Below are positions 1 through 12,546 of a stretch of 64,000 bases of DNA, one piece after another. The notes beneath the pieces are model-generated. The model searched no databases. It was not told where the DNA came from and was given only the letters and a program-made list of their open reading frames with translations. Made by a program: the position numbers and the translations under genes. Numbering within the stretch: the stretch's first letter is position 1; each line of letters begins with the position of its first letter. This DNA is from Pedobacter sp. (GTDB lineage Bacteria > Desulfobacterota > Desulfuromonadia > Desulfuromonadales > Syntrophotaleaceae): positions 704,725 to 768,724 of the forward strand of contig JBFWJC010000002.1 in NCBI GenBank assembly GCA_050253415.1, given 5' to 3'.

Positions 1-2
1 AG

Positions 3-131
3 CTGCAGGGCAGCATCGCCAAACACCTGGGGGACGCTACCCTGCAACTGCCCGAACCGAAACGGGGGCTGATCCACAGCCATGCGGGGACCGGAACCTA
101 TATTACGGTATCGATTCTGGAGAGGGTGTGA
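3..131 (+). CDS. C-terminal end of a thiolase-family protein (partial, runs off the window start)
   Basis: Frame 3 reads LQGSIAKHLGDATLQLPEPERGLIHSHAGTGTYITVSILERV* (TGA 129-131). This resembles the C-terminus of SCP2/SCP-x-type thiolases, and it directly precedes a DUF35 gene, the usual partner. Confidence 0.65.
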   Translation: MQGSIAKHLGDATLQLPEPKRGLIHSHAGTGTYITVSILERV

Positions 132-133
132 GC

Positions 134-613
134 ATGAATAAAAACGCCAAATTAGCCGAAAACGAAGAGGGGACCGTACTGTTCAACGTCGATCCGATCA
201 TCATCAAGAATCACTACGAGATCGACTATCTGCATTCCTACGCCCAGGACTCGCCGTTTTTTGCGGGGCTGGCCAATAAAAAGCTCCTCGGCAGCCATTG
301 CAACGCCTGCAAGGTGACCTACGCCACCCCGCGCAGCCACTGCATGGAGTGCGGCGCGGAAACCGAATGGGTCGAATTGCCGCAACAGGGGAGGGTGCAT
401 ACCTTCACCACCTGTTACTTCGGTGGCGAGGCGTTTCTCAAGGAGACCCCCTTCACCCTGATCCTGGTGGAGTTCGATGGGGTCGATAGCCTGTTTTTGT
501 CACGATTGATCGGGGTGGAACCGGAAGAGGCGGCCATCGGCATGCCAGTGAAGGCGCGATTTGTGCGCAACAGCAAATTCAAGGCAACGGATGTGTATTT
601 CGTACCGGGGTAG
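134..613 (+). CDS. DUF35 / Zn-ribbon OB-fold protein (thiolase partner, ChsH2-like)
   Basis: CxxC...PRSHCxxC zinc ribbon followed by an OB-fold segment (GRVHTFT...IGMPVKARF). ATG at 134 is preferred over GTG at 128. Confidence 0.9.
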   Translation: MNKNAKLAENEEGTVLFNVDPIIIKNHYEIDYLHSYAQDSPFFAGLANKKLLGSHCNACKVTYATPRSHCMECGAETEWVELPQQGRVHTFTTCYFGGEAFLKETPFTLILVEFDGVDSLFLSRLIGVEPEEAAIGMPVKARFVRNSKFKATDVYFVPG

Positions 614-621
614 GGTCGCCC

Positions 622-626
<5 letters not shown>
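609..626. repeat. Short REP-like hairpin between convergent genes
   Basis: GGTAGGG-TCGC-CCCTACC. It shares GGTCGCCCCT with the REP at 5656-5681. Confidence 0.55.
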
Positions 627-2574
<1,948 letters not shown>

Positions 2575-2753
2575 ATCCGTTGCTCCTGCGGTTTCATGAG
2601 GGCGCGGTGCCCATTATGAACAGTTTAACCGCAAAGGAGCCCGCGTCCACAGGTCGGCGCCCGGGCCCACCTTGAAAAAACGACGACACCCCTCGCCGCG
2701 AATCCTCATGGACTGATATAATTATTGAATAACGCCATTGAGGAGAATAAGCC

Positions 2754-4115
2754 ATGTCAGATGTCAAAGCTAAAATCGATACATTGGTTGCCAACGCCCG
2801 ATCCGCTGCCGACGAGTTTAAAACCTTTACCCAGGAACAGGTCGATCGGATCATGGCTGCCATGGAAAAAGCCGGCACGGCCAACGAACGCCATCTGGCG
2901 GAGCTGGCCGTCGAGGAAACCGGCATGGGCAAGGTTGAGGACAAGGTGACTAAAAATCACATCGGCTGTCATCTGGTTTATGAATATCTGAAAGATAAGC
3001 CATCTGTCGGCATTATCAGCGAAAAAGACGATATCATAGAAATCGCCGAACCTTTTGGCATCATAGCGGCAGTGACGCCGACCACCAATCCGACCTCTAC
3101 CACCGAGTTCAAATCCCTCATTGCCCTCAAAGGGCGCAATGTCATCATCTTCGGTTTCCATCCCCGGGCTCAGCGATGCAGCACCGCTGCCGCCACCATC
3201 ATGCGCGATGCCGCGGTGGCCGCCGGGGCACCGAAGAATTGTATCCAGTGGATTGAAGAACCCTCTATCGAGGCGACCAACCTGCTGCTTACCCATCCGG
3301 ATATTAATATGGTTATCGCCACCGGCGGCGGTGCCTTGGTCAAGGCCGCCTACAGCTCGGGCCATCCGGCGTTGGGGGTTGGTCCCGGCAACGTTCCGGT
3401 ATATGTTGAGAAAACCGCCAACTTGAGCATGGCGGTCAATAATATTTTCGCCTCCAAAACTTTTGATTATGGAACCCTGTGTTCCGCCGATCAGAGCGTG
3501 GTGTTTGATGATAAGAAAATCGCCGACCAGGCCCTGAAGCTGTTCGCCGAACGCGGGGCGTACATCTGCAACGAGGAGGAAAAAGCCAAGCTGGCCAAGG
3601 TCATGTTTGATCCGGAAAAAGGCGTACCGTCCATGAAGATCGTCGGCCAATCACCGCAGAAGATAGCGAAGCTTGCCGGTTTCGAGGTGCCCGACGATGT
3701 CAGGATGCTGATGGTGCCCCTGGACGTGGATACTATCGGGCCGGAGGACATGCTGTCCCATGAAAAACTCTCTCCGGTCATCGGTTTTATGGTCGCCAAG
3801 GACAAGGACGAGGCCATTGCTACTTGTGTGAAACAGTTGGAATTCGGCGGCGCAGGCCACACCGCCACGTGCTTTTCCCATGATGAAAAGGTCCTCAAGG
3901 AGTTCTCCCTGGCGGTGCCGGCCAACCGGGTGATACTGAACTCCCCGTCCGCTCACGGCTCGGTTGGGTTGCTGTACAATGAGCTGGTTCCCTCCATGAC
4001 CTTGGGATGTGGCGCCGCCGGCGGTAACGTCACCACCGATAACATCAATTACCGGAACCTGCTCAATATCAAACGGGCCGCACTCCGCATCAGACCGGAA
4101 AAGGAGGATGAATAA
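2754..4115 (+). CDS. CoA-acylating aldehyde dehydrogenase (AdhE N-domain/EutE/PduP-like)
   Basis: PTTNPTST, ATGG, GVGPGNVP, SKTFDYGTLC (catalytic Cys), EKLSP, GHT and SMTLGCG motifs. GAGGAG ribosome-binding site upstream. Confidence 0.92.
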   Translation: MSDVKAKIDTLVANARSAADEFKTFTQEQVDRIMAAMEKAGTANERHLAELAVEETGMGKVEDKVTKNHIGCHLVYEYLKDKPSVGIISEKDDIIEIAEPFGIIAAVTPTTNPTSTTEFKSLIALKGRNVIIFGFHPRAQRCSTAAATIMRDAAVAAGAPKNCIQWIEEPSIEATNLLLTHPDINMVIATGGGALVKAAYSSGHPALGVGPGNVPVYVEKTANLSMAVNNIFASKTFDYGTLCSADQSVVFDDKKIADQALKLFAERGAYICNEEEKAKLAKVMFDPEKGVPSMKIVGQSPQKIAKLAGFEVPDDVRMLMVPLDVDTIGPEDMLSHEKLSPVIGFMVAKDKDEAIATCVKQLEFGGAGHTATCFSHDEKVLKEFSLAVPANRVILNSPSAHGSVGLLYNELVPSMTLGCGAAGGNVTTDNINYRNLLNIKRAALRIRPEKEDE

Positions 4116-4169
4116 TCAGCCGGGTCGATCGCGCCGCGGAAGCAAGGGCTGTTTCCGGATGTGCACGAA

Positions 4170-5618
4170 CTAAATAACCAGAATCTCCATGAATTCATGC
4201 AGCGGCGTGGCTTCCAGCCGGAACCGGTCCGTGCACAGATCGAGAATGGCCTGTGCGCGGCCGGGCGGGAAGCGGGTGGCGAGATTGTTGCTGAATTTTT
4301 CCACCAGCAGGGGCACGCCCTCTGCGCGCCGGCGGCGGTGACCGAGAGGATATTCCACTTCGAGCTTGTCCGTGTGGCTGCCATCCGTGAAGAAGATTTG
4401 CACCGCATTGGCGATGGAGCGTTTTGCCGGATCGAGATAGTCCCTGCTGTATCCTTTGTCTTCCTCCACCAGCATTCTTTCCCGCAGATGATCGATTCGT
4501 GGATCGGAGGCCGCTTCGTCCTGGTAGTGATCGGCGGTAAGTGTGCCGTGGATGAGAGCCACCGCCGTCATGTACTGCAGACAGTGGTCGCGGTCGGCCG
4601 GATTATGCAGCGGCCCGGTCTTGCTGATGATGCGCACCGCCGGTTCCTGGGTATGGATGACGATGCGGTCGATGTCGGCCAGTCGGTGTTTGATCCGCGG
4701 ATGCAGCATCAGGGCCGCTTCCACCGCGGTCTGGCCATGAAACTCGGCTGGGAACGCAATCTTGAACAAAATGTTTTCCATTACGTAGCTGCCGTAGGGG
4801 CGCTGGAACCGGAAAGGTCGCCCATCGAACAGCACATCGTAAAATCCCCAGGTTCTGGCGGTCAGAGCGCCTGGGTAGCCGATTTCCCCTTTCAGGGTCA
4901 GCAATGCCAGACGCACCGCTCGGCTGGTGGCATCGCCGGCGGCCCAGGATTTGCGTGGGCCGGTGTTGGGGGCGTGGCGATAGGTGCGCAGGCTCTGTCC
5001 GTCGACCCAGGCTTGGGAGACAGCGTCGGCCACCTGTTGCCGATTGCCGCCCAGCAGTGCCGTGACCACTGCCGCAGAGGCCACCTTGACCAGCACCACG
5101 TGATCGAGTCCCACCCGGTTGAAAGCATTCTCCAAGGCCAGGCAGCCCTGGATTTCGTGGGCTTTGATCATGGCTTCCAGCACCTTTTTCATGGTAAGCA
5201 CCGGTTTGCCTGCCGCCAGGTTGCGACGACTTATGAAATCGGCAATTGCCAGGATGCCGCCGAGGTTATCGGAGGGGTGTCCCCATTCAGCGGCCAACCA
5301 GGTGTCATTGAAATCCAGCCAGCGAATCATGGCGCCGATGTCGAAGGCCGCTTTGATCGGATCGAGCACATAACGGGTGCCGGGCACCCGACATCCGTCG
5401 GGCACCACTGTGCCGGGAACTTCCGGGCCCAGCAGTCTGGCGCACTCGGGGTAACGTAGCGCCAGCAGGCCGCAGCCGAGGGCATCCATCAGGCACAACC
5501 GGGCCGTCTCCCAAGCCTCCTCGCTGTGAATCCGGTATTCGAGCACGTAATCGGCAATGTCGACCAGTTCCCGGTCCGGCTGCGGGCGGATATTTTCCTC
5601 GGCGGTGTGATCGGTCAT
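4170..5618 (-). CDS. prpD: 2-methylcitrate dehydratase
   Basis: [33 protein letters not shown] and [11 protein letters not shown] motifs. Confidence 0.96.
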   Translation of the reverse strand: MTDHTAEENIRPQPDRELVDIADYVLEYRIHSEEAWETARLCLMDALGCGLLALRYPECARLLGPEVPGTVVPDGCRVPGTRYVLDPIKAAFDIGAMIRWLDFNDTWLAAEWGHPSDNLGGILAIADFISRRNLAAGKPVLTMKKVLEAMIKAHEIQGCLALENAFNRVGLDHVVLVKVASAAVVTALLGGNRQQVADAVSQAWVDGQSLRTYRHAPNTGPRKSWAAGDATSRAVRLALLTLKGEIGYPGALTARTWGFYDVLFDGRPFRFQRPYGSYVMENILFKIAFPAEFHGQTAVEAALMLHPRIKHRLADIDRIVIHTQEPAVRIISKTGPLHNPADRDHCLQYMTAVALIHGTLTADHYQDEAASDPRIDHLRERMLVEEDKGYSRDYLDPAKRSIANAVQIFFTDGSHTDKLEVEYPLGHRRRRAEGVPLLVEKFSNNLATRFPPGRAQAILDLCTDRFRLEATPLHEFMEILVI

Positions 5619-5655
5619 GATTGATCAATTCCTTCCCGGAATGCGCGCGGGATCC

Positions 5656-5766
5656 GGGCGACCGCAAGGGTCGCCCCTGCAATGTTCCAGGGATTTTGCC
5701 TCAAGGTAGGGGCAACCAGGGCCCCGGATCCCCGACCTGAATCAACCGCTACCCTTGCGGTTGCCC
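5656..5766. repeat. Pair of GTAG-type REP elements, the second interrupted by a ~36 bp insert
   Basis: 5656-5681 reverse-complements to TGCAGGGGCGACCCTTGCGGTCGCCC. 5706-5766 reads GTAGGGGCAACC[insert]CTTGCGGTTGCCC. Confidence 0.7.
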
Positions 5767-5779
5767 TGCCTTGCGGTTT

Positions 5780-6901
5780 TCAATCCCGTTCATCGATAGG
5801 TACGAAAGGTCGCGGTGCCGGGCCGACGTAATCTGCCGTGGGGCGAATCAGTTTGTTGGCGGCGCGTTGTTCCATGATGTGGGCCGACCAGCCGCAGATG
5901 CGGGCGAACACGAACAACGGGGTGAACATCTCCGCCGGAATGCCGCAAATGTGGTAGGCGGAGGCGCTGTAGAAATCGACATTGGGATACAAATCCTTCT
6001 CCCGTTTCATCACTTGGGCGATGCGTTGCGAAACCTCGAACAAAACCTGGCGGCCCGCATCCTCGGCCAATTTTTCTGCCCAACCCTTGATGATGTCGGA
6101 GCGAGGATCAGCACCCCGGTACACCCGGTGGCCAAAACCCATGATCTTCTCTTTGCGTTGCAGCATTTTCAGGATCGCCTGTTCCGCCTCGTCGGCGGCG
6201 TCGAAACCGGCGATGAGGTAGTAGGCCGCTTCGTTGGCGCCCCCGTGAAGTGGGCCTCGCAGAGTACCGATAGCCGCAGTGACCGCCGAATAAAAATCGG
6301 TCAGTGTCGAAGCTGTTACCCGGGCCGAGAAGGTGGAGGCGTTGAACTCGTGTTCGGCGTACAGGATCAGTGACACGTCCACCACCTTGCGGTGCATCTC
6401 CTCAGGAGCGCGACCGTGCAGCAGGTTCAGGAAATGGCCGGCATGACTCTCCTCCTTGGTGACCGTGTCGATGCGTCGTCCATCCTTCTGGTAGTGGTAC
6501 CAGTAGGCCAGCATGGCCGGAAAAGTGGCTACCAGGCGGTCCGCTACTTGCGACTGGGAATGATCCTCCGATTCCGGTTCCATGGTGCCCAATGCGCTGC
6601 AGCCGGTACGCAGTACGTCCATGGGGTGGGCACTGCCGGGGAGTTGCTCCAGAACCTTGCGCAGAGCTTCGGGCAGCCTGCGCAGTCCGATCAACTTGTG
6701 CCGGTAGGTTTCCAGTTTCCGGCTGTTGGGGAGATGCCCCTTCAACAGCAGATAGGCAACCTCTTCGAAGCTTGCCTGTTTCGCCAGGTCGGTGATGGCG
6801 TAGCCGCGATAAGTAAGACCAAGGCCTTTTTTACCCACCGTGCTGAGGGTCGTATCACCGGCGATGACGCCGGCCAGTCCGGGACTCTTATGTGTAGTCA
6901 T
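5780..6901 (-). CDS. prpC: 2-methylcitrate synthase
   Basis: Citrate synthase motifs [21 protein letters not shown] and MGFGHRVY. Located between prpB and prpD. Confidence 0.95.
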   Translation of the reverse strand: MTTHKSPGLAGVIAGDTTLSTVGKKGLGLTYRGYAITDLAKQASFEEVAYLLLKGHLPNSRKLETYRHKLIGLRRLPEALRKVLEQLPGSAHPMDVLRTGCSALGTMEPESEDHSQSQVADRLVATFPAMLAYWYHYQKDGRRIDTVTKEESHAGHFLNLLHGRAPEEMHRKVVDVSLILYAEHEFNASTFSARVTASTLTDFYSAVTAAIGTLRGPLHGGANEAAYYLIAGFDAADEAEQAILKMLQRKEKIMGFGHRVYRGADPRSDIIKGWAEKLAEDAGRQVLFEVSQRIAQVMKREKDLYPNVDFYSASAYHICGIPAEMFTPLFVFARICGWSAHIMEQRAANKLIRPTADYVGPAPRPFVPIDERD

Positions 6902-7788
6902 GGTTCTTTCTCCTTGTCGAACAGCCGCTCCAGTTTTTCCTCCCAGGCATGATAATCCAGCAATCGGTATAATTCCTCCCGGGACTGCATGAGATCCACC
7001 ACTGCGGCCTGGGTCCCCGCTTCACGGATGGTCCGATAGACTTTTAGGGCCGCAGCACTCATGGCGCGGAAGGCGGACAGGGGATACAGGGCCAGAGCAA
7101 CGCCGGCTTCCGCCAGTTCCTCAGTGCTGAAAAACGGGGTTTTGCCGAATTCGGTAAGGTTGGCCAGCACCGGCACCCCGACCGTATCGGCGAAGCGCCG
7201 ATAGTGGGCCAGATCGGGCAGGGCCTCGGGAAAAATCATGTCCGCGCCGGCATCCCGGCAGCGACAGGCGCGGTCGATAGCCGCTTCGAGTCCCTCTACG
7301 GCAAAGGCATCGATGCGGGCCATGATGACGAAGGTCGATTCGATGCGGGCATCCACCGCTGCTTTGATCCGATCTTCCATTTCCTGCACTGATACAATGG
7401 CCTTGCCCGGACGGTGTCCGCAGCGTTTGGCCGCCACCTGGTCCTCGATGTGCATGCCGGCGACTCCGGCGCGAATCATTTCAGTTACCGTGCGGCCGAT
7501 CATGAAAGTCGTGCCCCAGCCGGTATCGGCATCTACCAACAGTGGCACATCGACGGCGGCAATGATGCGACGTGCATCTTCAAGCACTTCGGTGAGGGTG
7601 GTCATGCCCAGGTCGGGCAGGCCATGGGAAGCGTTGGCCACCCCGGCACCGGACAGGTACAATGCGCGGAATCCCGCCTCTCTGGCCAAAATGGCCGTGT
7701 AGGCGTTAATGGTGCCCGCGACCTGCAGCGGTCGTTCTGTTTCGATAGCGGCGCGCAGACGTCCGCCCGGCGTGAGTTGCTTGGGCAT
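6898..7788 (-). CDS. prpB: Methylisocitrate lyase
   Basis: [23 protein letters not shown] and [10 protein letters not shown] motifs. Confidence 0.96.
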   Translation of the reverse strand: MPKQLTPGGRLRAAIETERPLQVAGTINAYTAILAREAGFRALYLSGAGVANASHGLPDLGMTTLTEVLEDARRIIAAVDVPLLVDADTGWGTTFMIGRTVTEMIRAGVAGMHIEDQVAAKRCGHRPGKAIVSVQEMEDRIKAAVDARIESTFVIMARIDAFAVEGLEAAIDRACRCRDAGADMIFPEALPDLAHYRRFADTVGVPVLANLTEFGKTPFFSTEELAEAGVALALYPLSAFRAMSAAALKVYRTIREAGTQAAVVDLMQSREELYRLLDYHAWEEKLERLFDKEKEP

Positions 7789-7883
7789 GTGATGTCCTTT
7801 CGACCTACTACAACGTTAACGCAGAAGGGCGGGCCGTCAAGGTTTGAGGGGGGAAACGGAAGGTCGGGCGGGGTGGGATTCGC

Positions 7884-7918
7884 AAAAAAAATCCCCTCCG
7901 CAAAGGGAGGGGATTTTT
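7884..7918. terminator. Intrinsic terminator after dapL (bidirectional form)
   Basis: A-run ATCCCCTCC-GCAAAG-GGAGGGGAT T-run. Confidence 0.85.
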
Positions 7919-7975
7919 GCAATGCGACCTGCTCAGGCTTTATTCAGGCAAGGCTTTTGACCTGCCGGCAACAGA

Positions 7976-9208
7976 TCAGGCGAGATTCTTTTTGATGCGC
8001 TCGATGGCCTCGATGACGTTGGCGCGATCGCCGAAAGCCGAAAGGCGATAATAGCCTTCGCCGCTGGGGCCAAAGCCGCTACCCGGGGTGCCGACGACGT
8101 GGCATTCCGACAGGAGCTTGTCGAAGAAGTCCCAGCTGGTCAGGCCGGCGGGGGTTTTCAGCCAGATGTAAGGGGCGTTGACGCCGCCATACACGGTCAG
8201 GCCGGCGGCCTGCAGGCCTTCGCGGATGAGGCGGGCATTTTCCATATAATAGTCGATGGTTTCCTTGACCTGCGCCCAGCCTTCGTCGGAATAAACCGCA
8301 GCGGCGGCTTTTTGCACCGGGTAGGAGACGCCGTTGAACTTGGTCGACTGGCGGCGGTTCCACAATTTGTTAAGGGATACTTTTTCGCCACCGGCGGTAG
8401 AAGCCAGAAGTTCCTCGGGTACTACCGTCAGGGCGCAGCGCACGCCGGTGAAACCAGCGGTCTTGGAGAAACTGCGGAACTCGATGGCGCAGCGTTTGGC
8501 ACCTTCGATTTCGTAGATGGAGTGGGGGATGCCCGGCTCGGTGATGAAGGCCTCGTAGGCAGCGTCAAAGAAAATGACGGTGTCGTTGGCGAGAGCGTAG
8601 TCGACCCATTTTTGCAGATCGTTGCGGGTGGCAACGGTTCCCGTGGGGTTGTTGGGATAGCACAGGTAGACGATGTCGACCTTTTCCTGCGGGATAGCCG
8701 GACTGAAACCGTTTTCTTCAGTGCACGCCAGGTAGGTCAGGCCTTCGTAATAACCCTTGTCATTGGCTTCGCCGGTGCGTCCAATCATGACGTTGGTGTC
8801 GTTATACACCGGATAGACGGGATCGCAGATGGCGACCTTGTTATCCAGGGCGAAGATGTCGAGGATGTTGGCGCAGTCGCATTTGCTGCCGTCGGAGATG
8901 AAGATCTCGGAGGTTTTCAGCTCGACGCCGAGGGGCTTGTAGGATTTTTCGATCAAAGTTTCAATGAGGAACTCATAGCCCTGTTCGGGGCCGTAACCCA
9001 TGAACTTGTCCTTGTTTGCCAGGTCGTCCACGGCGTCATGAAAGGCCTTGAGAATCGCAGGTGCCAGCGGCTGAGTAACGTCGCCAATGCCGAGTCGGAT
9101 GATTCTAGCCTCGGGGTTGGCCTGGCTGAAAGCCTTGACCCGGCGCCCGATTTCGGGGAACAGGTAGCCGGCCTTGAGCTTCAGATAATTGTCGTTAAGT
9201 TTTGCCAC
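7976..9208 (-). CDS. dapL: LL-diaminopimelate aminotransferase
   Basis: YLFPEI, LGIGDVT, GYGPEQG, PNNPTG and [13 protein letters not shown] motifs. Adjacent to dapAB. Confidence 0.96.
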   Translation of the reverse strand: MAKLNDNYLKLKAGYLFPEIGRRVKAFSQANPEARIIRLGIGDVTQPLAPAILKAFHDAVDDLANKDKFMGYGPEQGYEFLIETLIEKSYKPLGVELKTSEIFISDGSKCDCANILDIFALDNKVAICDPVYPVYNDTNVMIGRTGEANDKGYYEGLTYLACTEENGFSPAIPQEKVDIVYLCYPNNPTGTVATRNDLQKWVDYALANDTVIFFDAAYEAFITEPGIPHSIYEIEGAKRCAIEFRSFSKTAGFTGVRCALTVVPEELLASTAGGEKVSLNKLWNRRQSTKFNGVSYPVQKAAAAVYSDEGWAQVKETIDYYMENARLIREGLQAAGLTVYGGVNAPYIWLKTPAGLTSWDFFDKLLSECHVVGTPGSGFGPSGEGYYRLSAFGDRANVIEAIERIKKNLA

Positions 9209-9272
9209 GTATCATTCTCCTTGTCGTTCTGCAAAAAGTTAGCTTGTATATTGGATACAAAACAAATTCATT

Positions 9273-9410
9273 TCTCGCGCCCGTTCGCTATGCTCACTAA
9301 AGCCACAAGGATCACAAAGGCAGGCAGAACCGATTTAAAAAATCGATTTGATAACCGGTTATTCTTCTTTGTGACTTCGTGTCGTAAGCGACTTCAAGGA
9401 GCGGGTGCGA
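9273..9410. repeat. Dispersed ~100-140 bp palindromic intergenic element, copy 1
   Basis: Its arms match the reverse complement of 55366-55465 (CTCGCGC(C/T)CGTTCGC...AAGCCACAA and CTTCGTG...AGCGACT..AAGGAGCG.G.GCGA). Confidence 0.8.
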
Positions 9411-9417
9411 CGTATAA

Positions 9418-10221
9418 TCACTTCAACCCAAGGATATCCTGCATGTCGTACAGGCCGGGATTTTTATCTGCCAGCCAGGCGGCGGCACGCACTGCTCCGC
9501 GTGCGAACATGTCGCGACTCATGGCCCGATGGGTGATTTCGATGCGTTCGCCCATGCCGATGAAATAGACGGTGTGTTCGCCGACGATGTCGCCGCCGCG
9601 CACGGTCTGCATGCCGATTTCCTCATGGGTGCGGGCGCCGCACATCCCTTCACGGTGATAGACGGCGCTTTTCTGGTAATCGCGGCCCAGTGCGTCGGCC
9701 ACGATCTCTCCCATGCGCACGGCCGTGCCGCTGGGCGAATCCTTCTTTTTATTGTGGTGAAGCTCGACGATCTCGACATCGAACCCGTCGCCAAGGATGT
9801 TCGCCGCTTCTTTGAGGAGTTTGAAGCAAGCATTGACGCCAACGCTCATGTTGGGCGCCAGCACCACAGGGGTGGTCTTGGCGAGTTCGTCGACCCGGCT
9901 GCGTTGTTCCGGGGTGAAGCCGGTCGAACCGATCACCAGGCGCTTGCCGAGGCGGGCACAGGCTTCGAGATTGCGCAGGGAGACTTCCGGAAAGGTGAAG
10001 TCGATCAACACGTCGGTCCCGGCGAGCACCTCATCGAGGTCGCTGCTGATAAGCACGTTCAGGGGACCGCAGCCGGCGGTCAGACCGGCATCCTGTCCAA
10101 GCATGGGGCTTTCCGCATGCTCCAGAGCTCCGGTCAGTTGCAGACCCTCGGTTTCCTTGATCGCGGTGATAAGGCGTCCGCCCATACGTCCGGCTGCACC
10201 GTTAACTGCTACTTTGATCAT
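9418..10221 (-). CDS. dapB: 4-hydroxy-tetrahydrodipicolinate reductase
   Basis: GAAGRMG, IDFT and EIVELHHNKKKDSPSGTA motifs. Confidence 0.97.
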   Translation of the reverse strand: MIKVAVNGAAGRMGGRLITAIKETEGLQLTGALEHAESPMLGQDAGLTAGCGPLNVLISSDLDEVLAGTDVLIDFTFPEVSLRNLEACARLGKRLVIGSTGFTPEQRSRVDELAKTTPVVLAPNMSVGVNACFKLLKEAANILGDGFDVEIVELHHNKKKDSPSGTAVRMGEIVADALGRDYQKSAVYHREGMCGARTHEEIGMQTVRGGDIVGEHTVYFIGMGERIEITHRAMSRDMFARGAVRAAAWLADKNPGLYDMQDILGLK

Positions 10222-10246
10222 GGTTTCTCCCTTAAATGACGGTTGT

Positions 10247-11128
10247 TCAGGCTTGGATCAAACCGAACTGAACCAGTACCTTTTTCAGTTTCGCCAGGTT
10301 GTCGGGCAGCAGTTCAACCAGCGGCAGCCGCAGGTGGTCGCCGCACAGACCCATCAGGGCAGCTGCGACTTTCACCGGCACCGGGTTGGTTTCGATAAAC
10401 ATGGCCTGATGCAGATTGAGCAGATGAAGGTGCATCCTGCGAGCATCATCGTAGCGGTTTTCATTGATCGCGGTGACCATGGCTTTTACTTCGGCCGGCA
10501 GAATGTTGGCTGTCACCGAGATCACGCCTTTGCCGCCGCAGGCCATCATGGGCAGGGTTAAAAAATCGTCGCCGGAGATGACGTTGATTTGATCCCCCGC
10601 TTCGGCGATGATCTGGCTGGCCAGAGTCAGGTCGCCGGAGGCTTCCTTGATGCCGACCACGTTGGGATGGCTGGCGAGTCGGATGGTGGTCGCTGCGGCC
10701 ATGTTCATGCCGGTACGGCTGGGGACGTTATACAATACCTGGGGGATAGCGACGTTGTCGGCAATCGCCTTGAAGTGTCGGTAGACCCCTTCCTGAGTAG
10801 GCTTGTTGTAATAGGGGGTTATGAGAAGTACCCCGTCGGCACCCATTTTTTTGGCATTCTGGCTTAATTCAATTGCTTCGTTGGTAGCGTTGGAACCGGT
10901 GCCGGCAAGTACCGGGACCCGCTTGTTGACATGCTCGATGCAGGTCTGGATCACCCGGTTGTGTTCGGCGTGATTGAGGGTGGCGGATTCACCGGTGGTG
11001 CCGCAGGGAACGATAACGTCGGTACCGTTTTCTATCTGAAAATCAATAAGCTTTCTAAAGGTCTCTTCATCGAAGCGTCCTTCGCGGTCGAAGGGCGTGA
11101 TGATAGCTACCATGGATCCTGTAAACAT
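10247..11128 (-). CDS. dapA: 4-hydroxy-tetrahydrodipicolinate synthase
   Basis: GTTGES, YNVPSRTG, GIKEASG and ETNPVPVK motifs. ATG at 11128 follows a GGGAGG ribosome-binding site. Confidence 0.97.
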   Translation of the reverse strand: MFTGSMVAIITPFDREGRFDEETFRKLIDFQIENGTDVIVPCGTTGESATLNHAEHNRVIQTCIEHVNKRVPVLAGTGSNATNEAIELSQNAKKMGADGVLLITPYYNKPTQEGVYRHFKAIADNVAIPQVLYNVPSRTGMNMAAATTIRLASHPNVVGIKEASGDLTLASQIIAEAGDQINVISGDDFLTLPMMACGGKGVISVTANILPAEVKAMVTAINENRYDDARRMHLHLLNLHQAMFIETNPVPVKVAAALMGLCGDHLRLPLVELLPDNLAKLKKVLVQFGLIQA

Positions 11129-11199
11129 TGGGAGTCCTCCCTTAACAATGGAAGCATTTGCGTACCGAGACGCCATGGTCTCGGTGTCGCCGTCGGCTA

Positions 11200-12453
11200 T
11201 TACAGCCCTTCCGGGATGGTTTCGCCTTTAATCAGGTCGTCGTAGGTTTCGCGCTGGCGGACCACCATGACCTGGGCGCCCTTGACCATGACTTCGGGAA
11301 CCCGGCGACGGCTGTTGTAATTGGAGCTCATGGTGAAACCGTAGGCTCCGGCCGAGGCTACGGCCAGCAGATCGCCCTGCGAGAAGGCCGGGATATCACG
11401 GTCCTGGGCAAGAAAGTCACCCGATTCGCAGATGGGTCCGACCACGTCGGCCAAAATGGTGCCGGATATCGAACGATCAACCGCCTGAATCCCCTGGTAG
11501 GAACCATACAGTGCCGGGCGGGTGAGATCGTTCATGGCCGCATCGACAATGACAAAGTTCTTGGCTTCGCCTTCCTTCACGTACAGGACTTCGGCTACCA
11601 GCATGCCGGCGTTGCCGACCATGACGCGGCCCGGTTCAAAAATCAGGGTAACGCCGAGGCCTTTGGTTCCCTCGATGATCACTTTGGCATAATCGGCCGG
11701 GCTGGGGGGCTCTTCCTGGTCGTAGGTGATGCCGAGGCCGCCTCCCAGGTCCAGATACTTGATGGCAAACCCTTCCTGTTGCAGGGTTTCAACCACTTCA
11801 CGGATCTTGGCGATGGCGTCGACAAACGGTGACAGTTTGGTTAACTGGCTGCCGATGTGGCAGTCGACACCGATAACTTCCAGGTTCGGCAGGCTGGCGG
11901 CGTGGCGATAGTCCTCCAGGGCCTGGGAAATATTAATGCCGAACTTGGCTTTTTTCATACCGGTGGAGATATAGGGATGCGTCTGCGGGTCGACGTCCGG
12001 GTTGACACGGATGGCGATACCGGCTTTTTTGCCGAGACTGCCGGCCACGGCGTTAATCGTCTCGAGTTCCTGAGGGGATTCGACATTGAACATCAGGATG
12101 CCGGCCTGCAAAGCTTCCGCAATTTCCGTTTCGGTTTTGCCAACTCCGGAATAGACGATTTTGGTCGGATCGCAGCCGACTTTACGGGCGCGGTACAGCT
12201 CGCCGCCGGATACGATATCGAACCCGGCGTTGTGGTTCACGAATGTTTTCAGCACTGCCAGGTTGCTGTTGGCTTTGATGGAATAGCAGATCAGGTGGGG
12301 TACGCTGGCAAACGCGGACGAGAACGCTTCCAGGTGGCGGCTCAAGGTGGCATGGGAATAGACATAGAAGGGCGTGCCTACCTGGGCCGCGATTTCCTTG
12401 ATGGCGACATCTTCGCAATAAAGATCGTTGTCACGGTATTGAAAGTGATTCAT
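11200..12453 (-). CDS. lysA: Diaminopimelate decarboxylase
   Basis: YSIKAN PLP lysine, HIGSQ, EPGR and GPICESGD motifs. Confidence 0.97.
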   Translation of the reverse strand: MNHFQYRDNDLYCEDVAIKEIAAQVGTPFYVYSHATLSRHLEAFSSAFASVPHLICYSIKANSNLAVLKTFVNHNAGFDIVSGGELYRARKVGCDPTKIVYSGVGKTETEIAEALQAGILMFNVESPQELETINAVAGSLGKKAGIAIRVNPDVDPQTHPYISTGMKKAKFGINISQALEDYRHAASLPNLEVIGVDCHIGSQLTKLSPFVDAIAKIREVVETLQQEGFAIKYLDLGGGLGITYDQEEPPSPADYAKVIIEGTKGLGVTLIFEPGRVMVGNAGMLVAEVLYVKEGEAKNFVIVDAAMNDLTRPALYGSYQGIQAVDRSISGTILADVVGPICESGDFLAQDRDIPAFSQGDLLAVASAGAYGFTMSSNYNSRRRVPEVMVKGAQVMVVRQRETYDDLIKGETIPEGL

Positions 12454-12546
12454 ATCAAAAATGCTCCTGAGAAAAATGGGCCAGTTTTATAAGTGGAACG
12501 AACAGGTTACGCAAAGGCAAAACCGTAACATAGCTGTTCGTTGATG

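Noticed and set aside
12499..12540. GGTTACGCAAAGGCAAAACCGTAAC, similar to a GEMM 5' end or a lysine-riboswitch position
   Set aside because: It is on the wrong strand for lysA, the spacer is too short, and only a simple hairpin is present.
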